This document shows, in pieces, positions 36,325 through 47,884 of a stretch of 64,000 bases of DNA. The DNA is from Vitrella brassicaformis CCMP3155. Taxonomy: Eukaryota; Protista; Chromerida. Numbering within the stretch: position 1 is the first letter of the stretch; each line of letters starts with the position of its first letter. The notes beneath the pieces are model-generated. The model was not told the origin of the DNA and did no database searches. It saw only the letters and a list, made by a program, of their open reading frames with translations. Both the position numbers and the translations under genes were made by a program. Where the stretch lies: NCBI GenBank assembly GCA_001179505.1, contig CDMY01000225.1, positions 62,001 through 126,000 on the forward strand, read 5' to 3'.

Positions 36325-39273
36325 ATGACAGAGAAGCAGTTGGTATGCAGAAAGCACATAAATGATGGACGGTCACTCCGTGCTTGTTTGTGTTTGTTTC
36401 ATCAGGTTGACGCCATCGAGGAGGTGACTGACGTGAGCCTGGAGATAGGCGGCCGCGAGGCCACCAACCTGCAGAGGGACGTCTGTGACTTAATCAAGGA
36501 CGTACCCAATGGACCAAAGGTACACACACACACAGTGAGGAACGATGGTGTGTGACTCATTCATCTCGTTCCACCTCCCTCGTGGCCTCTCCCCCCTCCC
36601 CCCCCGAAACGATGTGTGCAGATTGCCGTGCAGCACCTCAGAAAGAAAGTGACGGTGAGGGAAAGAGAAGCGAGCAATGAGTCTCAAGCACAGACACAGC
36701 TGTTCCTGATGTGTCCGTTTGTGTCGCTTCGATTGGTGTGTTGCCTGTCCGCGTTCGTCTGTCTATCTGCAGGCCCAGAATGCGAAGATCCAGCTGTTGG
36801 GTCTGCAGACGCTTGAGCAGGCCATGAGGGAGTGCACACTGCCCTTCCACCAAAAGGTGGCGGAGAAGGACTTCCTCGGCGCACTTGGTATGAATGCACC
36901 GACCGACACACCGAAAAGAACCACAAAGGAAAGTGCTTGCGTGTCATCATCGCTCAGTTCGCGTCCTCCAGCGGCCCAATCTCGACAGCAGAGTCCGAGA
37001 CAAGGTCGGCACGAGAGATTGCGGCCACCCACAGACGCCTGGTGTCTTTTCCACTGCTCTGCTGTATTGATATGTCCCTGCAGATACTCCGTATGGTGTC
37101 ATCGTGGGCCAACGAGTTTGCGAGCGAGGCCGACCTGCTGCCGGGCTTCCAGCACGTCTTCAAGCACCTGCAGGACAAAGGTGCATTTGCGAAGAGAAAG
37201 CAGCGCGTCCGACCCACCAAGGCACCTCTCGTGGCTGTGTGTTAGGTTTCCACATGCCTGGCGGCCCACGGATGCCCGCCGAGACCGACGCAACGGCATA
37301 CAAACGAGGGGTGAGACGAGGACCACGACACCGTCTCCACCTCGCGCACCCAGATGCTTTTGTCGATGTGCGTCACTCAATCTAGGTTGACCGTGACCTG
37401 AAGGGTCAGCTGGCGACCTTCAGAGAAGCCACCATCCTCTTCAATGTAAGCACATGGCTGGTAGGGAGGCGATCGAGAGGAGAAAGGCGTATGGTGTGGT
37501 TGCTTGTGTATGTGATGACGTCACCTATGTCGCAGGAGATGCTTAGCAGCTGCAAGCAGAACGACAACCTGGCCAGAAACGATGTAGGCCATAATGACAT
37601 ACACACACAGGCCGCCAGAGGTGACATAGCCATTTGGCTGCACCTCTTGCTGCGTGTGTGTGTGTTTCAGGCCCTGCAGACCCTGCTCATAACTCTCAAG
37701 CAAGCCGCCCATACGCTGCAGACGTACGCACAGACACACACACGATGGCTTGTCGGATGTCATTGCCCTTTCCCTTCTCGATTATATGTGCAGTGAGATC
37801 GAGCGCGAGTCGTCCGGCGATGCCCTCAACGAGTGCATCGAAGTCAACGATATCGTACAGGCGGTCAGTGTCAGCAACCAACAAAAGGAACCAAGGAGGC
37901 CATCAGGTGCCTGTGGGTCTGTCTGGTTGCTGCAGGCGCTTCGTCAGTACCAAGACCAGCTGCGTGGCGCCCCGCCCCTCCGCCCACCAGCTGCAGGTGG
38001 TCGCTCGGCCCCTCCTGCGTCGGGCACCAGTGCCGTCAAGAGCGGCAGAGTCGTCGACCACCGCAGGTCGGTGGGCATCCCCCCAACACCCACCAACACT
38101 CACCAAAACAGCGGAGCGGACAATACCATGACGACCGGTCGTCTGTGTGTGTCTAGGGACGAGTCTGATGAGGACGAGGAGGAGGAGGATGAAGACGAGG
38201 ATGAGGAAGAGGAGGAGAGCGAGTCAGAGGACGACGAACGGCAGCGGCCGCAGCAGGGCAGGGCCAGGCAGACGCAACAACAACAACATCAGCAGCAGCA
38301 GCGGCAGGCACCTGCTGCTGGACAGCACCCACAGGGGCGAATGATGGTGAGGACACAATGCAGACGAGGAGAGAGGTGCGAATGCCTCCACGTGTGTGTC
38401 TTTCGCTGCCGTGTGGTTCTTGCAGCCTGGGGCTGCTCCTCAGCGCCCAGCGGCGATGCACCACCAGCAGCAGCAGCAGTATCCCTCGCACCCCCAGGCG
38501 ATGCGGCCCACCCACACCCAGGGCACCACCCCGCCCATGCAGGCGACATACGCCACAGCAGCAGCAGCGTCATCCACATACCCCTCTCAAACACAGCCAC
38601 AGCCCGGGCGCCCCACACAGTCTCTGCAGCAGCACCAGCAGCAGCCGTCATACCCCAACTACCCACAGCAGGCCACCAGCGCCTACCACCAGCAGCAGCA
38701 GCAGATGCGCCCGCAGCAGCAGCAGATGGGTGGTGGTAGTGGCGCTGTGAATCCGTTTGGTGGGTCTGTATCGGCTTCTCAGCCACAGGGCTATGGTGGT
38801 CAGCAGGGGGTGGGTGGGGGGTATGGCGTGGCGGGCAGGGCCGGCAATGTGATGGCCACTGCTGGGGGGCAGCAGCAAGCCGCTGGTTTGCAACAGGGCA
38901 TACCGGTAGGTATATGAGTGATTTAGAGTGAGAGAGAGAAAGACTTGGAACCGACACGCACGGCATCCTACTGAGTCGCTCTGTGTGTGTGTGTGTGTGT
39001 GTATGTGTGCAGGGATACAGTGTGATGGGTGGCGGTCAAGGCGGCTATGGCTCAGTGCAGCAGGGCATTCAGGGTCTGCCCATGCAGGGAATCCAGGGCT
39101 TCCCGGCCGCCAGTGCTGGCGCCGGCCGCCAGCAGGGCGCCTACCCCAACCAGTACGGCTACCAGCAACAACAACAGCAGCAGCAGCAGCAGCAGTACAC
39201 CCAGATGCAGCAGATGCAGCAGAGGAGGCGGCAGCCGGGGGAGAGGGACGATCTGTCGGACCTGCTTGCCTGA
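36325..39273 (+). CDS. TOM1-like VHS + GAT domain protein with an acidic tract and a Gln/Gly-rich tail
   Basis: VCDLIKDVPNGPKIAVQHLRKK..NAKIQLLGLQTLEQAMREC..PFHQKVAEKDFL (VHS), ILRMVSSWANEF, and DALNECIEVNDIVQ.AL..Y (GAT). Confidence 0.85.
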
Positions 39274-39574
39274 TTTTTGGTGGCCACTGCGCTTGTGGGC
39301 TCCTGTGCGTTGTGCGTTTTTCTCCACTGCATGTGGTTGCGTAGTGTAGCATACCTACGTGGGGCAGATTTTCATGATAACGAGAACGACGGGGACGCCC
39401 CGTACACAGTGAGGTTGGTTGCAGAGAGAGAGAGATGTGCGCGCGTGTGTGTGCAAGGGACAGAGAGAAATGGATCGGTATGAATTGGTTGGTGTTAATT
39501 TCTGCTGTCCATTCCATGCATCCATCCATCCATTGTCGGCAGCACAAATCCTAGACTACACGACAAGACCACAC

Positions 39575-39995
39575 ACAAGAGCAGCCACACATCCATCCAT
39601 CCTTCCATCCTTCCATCCAGACATGCAGGTCAAGTCACATCCACGAGAATCTCTCTCTTAAGACTGTCATGCCTCAACGTCATCACTCTGACATCACGAA
39701 ACCCACCCCCTCTCCGCCCCCCTCTCTGCCCTCTCCGCGCTATCTCTCTCTCTCTCCCTCTCTCTCTCCACGCGAATTCGCGTACTGTATGAAGCCCTTC
39801 CCTCCCTCCCTCCCTCCCTCCCTCCCTCCCCAATTAGCCACCCAGGTCGACACATGAATCACAGAGAATCACGCCTGGCTGGCGGGCGGGCTGGCTGCCT
39901 CTAATCCTACACTCAGCCAGCCAGCCAGCCAGCCTCAATTGCCACGTCTCCTTCGCTAAGCCGCTCGTTCGCATCTTCGTCAGTCAGTCAGTCAG
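39575..39995. repeat. Microsatellite cluster between convergent 3' ends: (CATC)n, (CT)n, (CCCT)n, (AGCC)n, (CAGT)n
   Basis: Directly visible tandem repeats. Confidence 0.9.
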
Positions 39996-42449
39996 TCATT
40001 CGAACTTGAAGAAGGATTCGTTAGTGAGTGCGAGGATGGGGTCGGTCAATGGGTCGTCGAACGGATCCACATACTCGCTCCGGTGCTCCTGCGTCCTCGC
40101 TGTCGCATACTCGCTCGCCGTCGACATCTCCTCTGCCCCATAAGGGGGTGGGGGGCCGTAGGGCGGCTGCTGCTGCTGCTGCTGCTGCTGACGGTGCTGC
40201 TCTTGTTGCGGTTGCTGCACGTAAGGCAGGTCCCTCCATTGGTTCAGGTAGGGGTCCTCTCCTGAGCGAATGGGCACGTCTGCCCCTTCTCTCTGCAGCA
40301 GCGGGGAAGAGGATGAAGGGGCCGGGGCTGGGGCTGCGGTGGGATGGATGGACGAAGGCGGGGTCATGACGTTGATGACGTGTCGCGCGTGCGATGTGCG
40401 CTTTTCATAGGACACCCCATCGCAAAAGCCCTCCAAGTGGCCGCTAGTAGTGCCCTCGACCCGCCCCCGTGAAGAGGCAGACAAGTCCTGAAGATGCTGA
40501 CCCTTCGGCTGATCAAACGCCGCCTGCCGATGGTGAGGGCGATACTCGTCAGGTGACATCACCCCACCACCACCACCACCCTGGTCATGCTGCTGCGGCC
40601 TCTTCCCCGGCCGCGTGTAGTGAGGGCGTGGCCCTGGGAACAAAGCGTTGGATGGGGCCATACCAGCGGCGCCAGCAGCAGCAGAAGGGTCATGATGGGG
40701 GGGCCGGGAGATGTGGGGCGGTCGGAAGGAACCGTGGGAGTGCTGGCCGTGTGGCTGCAGGGGTGGAGAGGACGGCAGAGCGGTCACTGCTGACCGCTCG
40801 CTGGCGAGGTGGACGAACACGATTTGGCCGTCGACGATGCGCTGCGGTTCGAGCAGCACCTGCTGGGCGCTGTCGGTGTCGCGGTATGTCACAAAACCTG
40901 TACACATACCATGGAGGGATGGACGGATGGTCACACGCCTTTGTGTGAGCTGATCAACTGGATCGTACCGAATCCCTTGCTCCGTCCGTATCGGTCATGG
41001 AGGACCGTCACATCATCGACCTCGCCTTCCTGCTCGAACACACGCCGCACGGCGTCGCACGACGTGCGCTGGTTGAGATTCCTGCGGATGGATGGATGGG
41101 ATGGGCAGGAAAGGAACGAAATGAGCGCTACACGACTCTCGCTCGAGAGCTGTGCTCGAGCAAAGCAAAGCTTGCCTGATGAAGAGCTTCCTGCTCGCCA
41201 GGTCGTTGGTCCCCCCTCCCGGACAGGCACTAACGTCAACCGGGCCTGAAGTGGAAGCAAAAAGCATATGGATGAGGCAAACGAGCCAGTTTCCGTCAGT
41301 CAGTCCATCAAAAGCCCACCTGGGCTTGTGAAGTCGGCAAACGGGTTGAGGGATGTGCGATTTGTGGGGTCGGACGCCAGCCCAACCTGAGAGAGAGAGG
41401 AAGGACAAGAAACAGGCAGGCCACAATGCGAGGCGCCGCCGAGGTGGTTTGGGTGTTGTTGTGGTTGGGGTGAGCATACGATGATGCGTCTCCCGTCGAG
41501 AGAAAGGTTCGACTGGATGGCCGCAACGGCGGCCTCCCGGGTGAGGAAGGTCACAAAGCCATAGCTAAGAGGAGAGCAGAGACAGGCACACAGCCAGAAT
41601 GCATCTCTGCGGGCGTCTTTATCTTTCTCGCCGTGTGCCTGCTGTGCTGTGTGTACCCTCTGCTGCGTCCGTAGCCGTCACGCACGACAACTGCACCCAT
41701 TCACAGATCCCATGTTGAGGTGTGGATGCTCAGTTCTGTACAGTGCAGCCATCCCACCCCGTCCCACCCACCTGCTTCTTCAGTCTCCCCGAACGACGAG
41801 AAGAAGTGCCGCAGCTGGCTGTCGTCAGTCGCGTAGGCCAAGTTCTGCACACACGCACACACACACACACACGCACACACACTCTGCAGAAGACAGGAGG
41901 GAGAGAGGCGAGGAAAGCGACGCACCTTGACATAAAGCCGACGATGAGCACGGCTCTGCAGAGCACACACACACACCGAACAGACCCGCCCGTGGTTGCG
42001 GCCGCCCTCTTTCTGTGCCGTTCCTGTCGTTTGTTTGTTTGTTTGTTTGTTTTTACCTGCGATGCGACCTCAATGATCCTTGACCTGGCCTCTGGCACCG
42101 ACTGAGCCAGCCGGACAAGCAGCTCGATCAACTGCGATTTGTTGAGCGGCGCCAGCAGCCGCCTCAACTCCGCCCTGCCCTCTGTGGCGCCGTGGAAGCC
42201 GCCGTCATAGTTGGCCATGCCTCTCGCCTCGCCGCCTCCTTCCCACTCGAACGGCTGGATCCTGGGCGGCCACTGCGATGAAGGTTCGCTGCCGAAAGAG
42301 GCAGCATCTGCCATGCCATAGTGGTCCAAGTGCTTGGCAGCCGCTGGGTCGGGCTGATAACTGAAGGGCGGTGGCGGAGACGACGGGATTGTCTGCTGGT
42401 GATACTGAGGACACTCCTCGATCCAACTTGTCGCCGAAGCTGATAACAT
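39996..42449 (-). CDS. RRM RNA-binding protein, UBP1-associated protein 2-like
   Basis: LLAPLNKSQLIELL..RSRIIEVAS..AHRRLYVKNLAYATDDSQLRHFFSSFGE matches the plant UBA2 pre-RRM helix and RRM1. RRM2 reads RKLFIRNLNQRT..VFEQEGEVDDVTVLHDRYGRSKGFGFVTY..LLEPQRIVDG. Confidence 0.85.
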
Positions 42450-42567
42450 AGTGCTGGGGAGGGACTTGAGAAGCTAAGGCGGCACATCCGCGCTCTTCTG
42501 CACCGATCGTTTGCTGCCAAGCTCGCAGTGAGAAAAGCACCGAAGGAGAAAAAGAGAGCGAGTGACC

Positions 42568-43328
42568 ATGTGGAACACACAGTCCACCATGCGCGCCTTG
42601 TGGAGGAGATTTTTGTCGAAGGGGGAGGCTGAGACGCTCCTGTGTCTGAGGAAAGGCGCCGGCAAGGCGTCCATCAGGGCGGCCCTCCGTTTTGTGTCGG
42701 CAGCGGGGGCGCATCCCGACAAGGGCGGCAGCGACCAGCAGGCACAGCAGCTGCAGAAGGCCCGGGACCTCCTCCTGAACCACAAGGACACCCCCGACAC
42801 ACCGCGGCAGCCTGAGGACATCCCGTGCCTCGTCAAGCCGCTCACGTGTCTGCGGGAGCGCCAGGAGATCTGCCGCCTCTGCCAAAGCCGCATAGAGGCA
42901 TGCATGCGCTGAGAGAACTTCTCATGTCGTGTGCACAACAGTCGAGAGCGCCGCTCACTCCTCTCCTGTTTATGTGGTGCCTTGCTTTATTGCAGAAGGA
43001 GAAGCGCCGCATGAAGAAGGACGAGGAGGAGATCCAATTCAACCTCGCCAGCACCATGGTCCCTCAGGAAGGCGCCCTGCCCACCATCCGCACGACGCCA
43101 CCGACACGCAGCGGCGCTCTGCCAACCTCCCACCCCGAGCCGGCCTCCCACACCAAGGCCACCACCAGCCGCACCGACGCCGGCACCACACAGGAGGACG
43201 GCGTCATCGAGGGAGAGGAGGCCGCCATCGGCGGGACGGGCTGCTGCAGCGGCAGCTGGGGTTGCTGGAAGTTCTTCGAGATCCTCCGCGACCCCTTCGG
43301 CTGCTGCTGCCCCACCACAGCCCACTGA
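42568..43328 (+). CDS. Pam18/Tim14-type J-domain protein, possibly extended through a GC-AG intron into a Cys-rich C-terminal exon
   Basis: LSKGEAETLLCL...KASIRAA...HPDKGGSDQQAQQLQKARDLL. The first ORF stops at 42912 unless a GC donor near 42898 is used. The second exon ends GCCSGSWGCWKFFEILRDPFGCCCPTTAH. Confidence 0.6.
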
Positions 43329-43539
43329 TGGGCTGTTGCTGGCGGGGGCGTGTTGTTAGGCGCGACCCCCCAGCAGCAGCCCATCAGGAATGACTAGACG
43401 GTACGGACACCACACACAAACAGACAGAGAGAGACAGACAAGTGCACTCCTACCTGCCATACACACCAACCTGTGGGTGCTTGCTCTTGTGGCCTGTGTC
43501 TGTTTGATCTGTCACTCAATCAGTGTTGTCGTGTGTATC

Positions 43540-44234
43540 GGGTTCTGAGCAAGGTCAACCGGGGCGAGGGTGGCGGGGCCTCGCCTGCGTCCTCCCTGCA
43601 GTCGAGCTTCAACGAGCCCTTCGCCAAGGTGCTTAACGAGGTGTGCCTGTCGTTGCGGACAGGAGACCCTCAGAGGGGCGGCACTCACCATCTCGAGCGG
43701 CTACCTGCGGTCGGCATCGGCTGCGAGCAGGCCCCCCTTCCCCCGCCCCTCCCAAGTCCCCCGAGATGCCCTCTCCCACCCAGCCACCCAACGCGCAAGG
43801 AGACGCCTCGCCCACCGACAACGGCAGACGCTCTCCAAGAAGCCCTCGTTGTCGACTCTCCACAGAGTGATCGGCTAATGAGGAGTGTCGACCTCGTCTG
43901 CATGGGTCGAGGGGTGTCTTCGGCGCTGGAGCGGGGCGAGACGGTCGGCCACTGGGCTCGGTCGGCGTCGATTGACGAGGAGCGGGCGGGTCATGCTGAT
44001 GGGGCGTGGTACGGCCAGAGTGGGGCGTGGTACGGCCAGACTGTGTCCATCGAGCAGGCCCCTGTCTCAGACCTACTTGGACACTTCCTCGGTAAGCCAG
44101 CCACACACAGACCAACCAGCCGACCCAAAGAGGTGATGTGTCTGTCCGTATTTGATACTGTCGTCCCTTCAGGCTTGTTGTGCCAGGGTCCTGACGTCAA
44201 GGTGGCGAGAACGCCTTCGGCATCGAGCCCCTGA
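43540..44234 (+). other. Possible hypothetical-protein fragment or pseudogene with a 21-bp tandem duplication (GAWYGQS/GAWYGQT, 44001-44042)
   Basis: Long open frame and one plausible GT-AG intron. No recognisable domain and no convincing start codon. Confidence 0.25.
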
Positions 44235-44603
44235 GCTCACTCTTTCACCTGAGTCTACGCGCCCTCCTGCTGGCCGGCCTCTGTGCGCAGATCCCCCGCA
44301 TCGGCCCGCGTGGCGCCACCTACCAGACCAACAGCGGCGGCAAGGGCGGGCAGGGCAGGGCACCCGCTCATTCCCCAAAAAACGATCTGGAGCCGCAGGG
44401 AAGCAGCTCCCCCACTCGAGGTCGGGTGGAGTGAGGCCAGGCTGCCGCTGTCTTGCCCTACTCGGATTTCAGCATTGCTCGCAAGTAGACGATGGTGCTG
44501 TTCGGGCTGCAGCCCATCTCTGAGACCGTGCGGACCAGACCACCATGAAGGAAATGATAGATACGGTGAGAGAATAGGAGAGGGGGGGGGGGGGGTGTGA
44601 ACC

Positions 44604-44903
44604 NNNNNNNNNNNNNNNNNNNNNNNNNNNNNNNNNNNNNNNNNNNNNNNNNNNNNNNNNNNNNNNNNNNNNNNNNNNNNNNNNNNNNNNNNNNNNNNNN
44701 NNNNNNNNNNNNNNNNNNNNNNNNNNNNNNNNNNNNNNNNNNNNNNNNNNNNNNNNNNNNNNNNNNNNNNNNNNNNNNNNNNNNNNNNNNNNNNNNNNNN
44801 NNNNNNNNNNNNNNNNNNNNNNNNNNNNNNNNNNNNNNNNNNNNNNNNNNNNNNNNNNNNNNNNNNNNNNNNNNNNNNNNNNNNNNNNNNNNNNNNNNNN
44901 NNN
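44604..44903. other. Assembly gap (300 N) at a poly-G tract
   Basis: Run of N. Both flanks carry G-run + TGTGAACC. Confidence 1.
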
Positions 44904-46438
44904 GGGGGGGGGGGGGGGGGGGGGTGTGAACCCACGGTGCTTCCATGCATTGCTTCCTGCCTGTTGTGTGCAGACGGTGTCATTCATGTTGGTTCAGTGG
45001 GGTGACCCACTTGCAGCGCAACCAATCCCTCGTTTGTGTACAGCCTGGTGCAGTCGACCTCCTCCTCCAGTCTTCACAGCGGCGCCCGACGACGCCCTGT
45101 GGGTAGAGGCCACACACCAAGACCAGGCCCCTCGACACGGCGAGGTACGTCGTGCCCTTCCTCCACCACCCTGCGGCTGGTCACGACCGTCATCATCAAG
45201 GTGGCTGACACGATGCGCACAGAGGGGCCCAGCGGCGGTGGTCCGGCCGCATAAGCAGCAGCGAGTTTAACGCGACAGAGAAGTTTGTCGCCGACCTTCT
45301 GGGGGCGCTGCGCGGGTGCGTGCGGCAGTCGTCCAATATGTACTGCCCTCATGGTTCTCAAGTCTCTACTGCGCATCCACTGGGACCCCACCTCACCTCA
45401 CAGGCAAGCATGCGTGGGTGTCAGGGGTCAGATTGACGTCATTCATTGGTCCTGTGTCATATCGTGTGTGTCTGCAGGGTTGCCTCGATGGTGCCTGACA
45501 CACCTACAAGTCGCCGGGCAGCGCTCACTCCCCTTCTCACGCACGAGCGAAGCCGACTCGAAGCGAAGCCGACTCGACAGGCTCGGTACGGGCGAAGTCG
45601 ATAATTCGACAGACCCGTCGACTCGACGCGACAGACCCGTGCTTGCACACGCACACCCAGCGAGGCCACGCGCGCGGCGAAGGACCCCCAGCCCAGCAAG
45701 GCGACCAGTGCAGACACCGCAGTGGGAGTGGGGTGGCGTCGGTCGGCTGTCGGGTTTGTCGGTCTCTGTCTTTCCCCAGTGATGATGTACGGCGCTAGAG
45801 GGAAGTGTGGGAGTGCAAAACTCGTGCGGGAGGAGGAAGGTACGAGACCTACACATACATATGGCGGAGGTCATATCATCTCATGTCACATGTGGGCGTA
45901 GAGGTGCTGGTGGGTTCGTGTCCGGCCGCGGGAGTGCCGTCTCCGCGCTGCAGATGCCCCCACACCATCTCGCAGCAGCCCACACACCTGAGCGACGCGA
46001 CACATCTGGCCAGATGTGCCCCGTGATCCCGGAAACCGACCAGGTGGGTGCACAGGGAGGACAGGGGAGGGAGAGGCCAGTGGGGGGAGCAAGGAGCGTC
46101 AATCAGTCACCACAACGTGTGTGTTGCTTTCTCTCTGCTTCTCCCCCTCTCTCTCTCTCTGTGTGTGTGTGCAGCCGTCAGCTGTGCATAGCCACAGCTG
46201 ACGCCAACGCCACGGCGGTTAACAGCACTGCTCCAGCCAAGGCTTCACTTCTTCTCGCACCAAGCCATTTAGGAGGAAGAGATCCTGACGCTGTGTCACA
46301 AGGCCCACTACCGCTCACTCGCAGGCTTCTCGTGTTGTCCATTCGTTCTTTTTTCCCCATGAACCGATTTCCTTTGCCGCCGTTTCGTCTGTTGGCTGGC
46401 CGGCCTCTCCAGGGGCGCGTGTGTGGCGGTCACTGCTT

Positions 46439-46787
46439 GGGGCGGGACCTGATATCCCGACCCCCTTGTGTGTGTCGTCACTGCGTGAACCTGGGGATGT
46501 GCCGGCCAGCCGAGCCAACACCACCACTCGTTTAGTTTCTCTCACTCTTTTCGGTCGCTGGGTCGCTCGCCATGGAATGCGTGTGTGTGTGTGGGTGTGG
46601 TGGGTTGGTTTATGGGGCTGTCTGTGTTGTTTTGTGTGTTGGTCTGGCTGTGGCGTTCTGTGGTGTGTCTGTCGTGTCCCGTCTTCCCTTGTGCTCGTTG
46701 CGTTGCGTCGCCCAGCAGCCGGTCGTCTGGCCTTTCTGTGAGCAGTGCGGCGGTCGCAGAGTGGGGGCGGGACCTGATATCCCGACC
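46439..46787 (+). repeat. Pair of identical 24-bp direct repeats GGGGCGGGACCTGATATCCCGACC
   Basis: Copies at 46439-46462 and 46764-46787, with an internal CGGGA/TCCCG inverted repeat. Confidence 0.85.
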
Positions 46788-47884
46788 GGCCGACCACAAC
46801 TGCATGACACGGGATGCGCCGGTCGGTGGGCAGTGTCGTCGCCCATTTGTCACAGTCACGTCTGTTTTTCTTTGCCGGCCAGTCGGGTACATACTACGTG
46901 CCGACATCGACCCATCATTGCCTGACATATTTTTGGTAATAATGCACTCACTCCGTGCTGACTCTCTCCGATGTCCGTGTACGATGCAGCGCTCTGCAGA
47001 CCCACACAGACACAGACACACATACCTGATGAGTCCACGGCAGGCAAGACAGCTGGAGAGGCGGCCTCTCTCCCTCCCTCGCTGCAGTCTGCTTCTTACC
47101 CCTCCCGGATTTCGTGCTGCTGTAGTGTTTGATTAGGTTGCTGTGCTGGTTGGTATCTGATTGCTGTGTGTGTAACTGAACTGGTAGCCCAGCTAAGTGC
47201 CCTCGATGAGTGCATTTCCACGTTCGTCAGTCAGCCAGCCAGCCAACCGCACAGACACGCATCAGACCTTCTCTGGCTAGCCAGATAGCTAGTCTTGGCT
47301 CCATCGAGAAGGTCGGGATACGTCCACACCACCACCTCGTCTCATTTGCCTCCTTCGTTTTCCTCATCGTTTCTTCGTCGCTGGGAACTCACCAGCTGGG
47401 GCTCATTTGTGGGAGGGAGGGATCTCATGGAGGGAATTCTGTCGTTTCTTTTCGTCTGGAAGATGACTGTTGGTCCTCGGTCATTCTCATTGTCGGTTGC
47501 GTGTTCAGCGAGGAATGGTCATGAGCTCGACTTGTGTGACCCACTCTTTGCTTCAACCATCAAATTAAAGTCAACAGTTCGTTGGATTATCCGTCGCTCA
47601 CTGCAACGGGTTTGCTGTTCGCTTCGACAAACCATCATATGCTCACGGCGTTCGTCTCAGTAAGCATCATGCACTCACCCTCACAAACCAGAGCACGAAA
47701 AGTGTAGAGGGCCGAGTCGCATTGGTATAGGAGGTGCTATGAGATGGATGTTTCATAGCATTGATTCATGTCTCAAGGTTCGCCAAATGGTGCCTCCCGC
47801 TTATCTGTGACCAGTACTGTATGAGTCTGGAAGGTAAATGGCGTCACACAGACTGAGGCACGTCGGCAATTGGTGTTTTCATGT

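Noticed and set aside
44581-44932. Apparent direct repeat (G-run + TGTGAACC) on both sides of the N gap
   Set aside because: Most simply explained as overlapping contig ends at a poly-G sequencing dropout, not a biological repeat.
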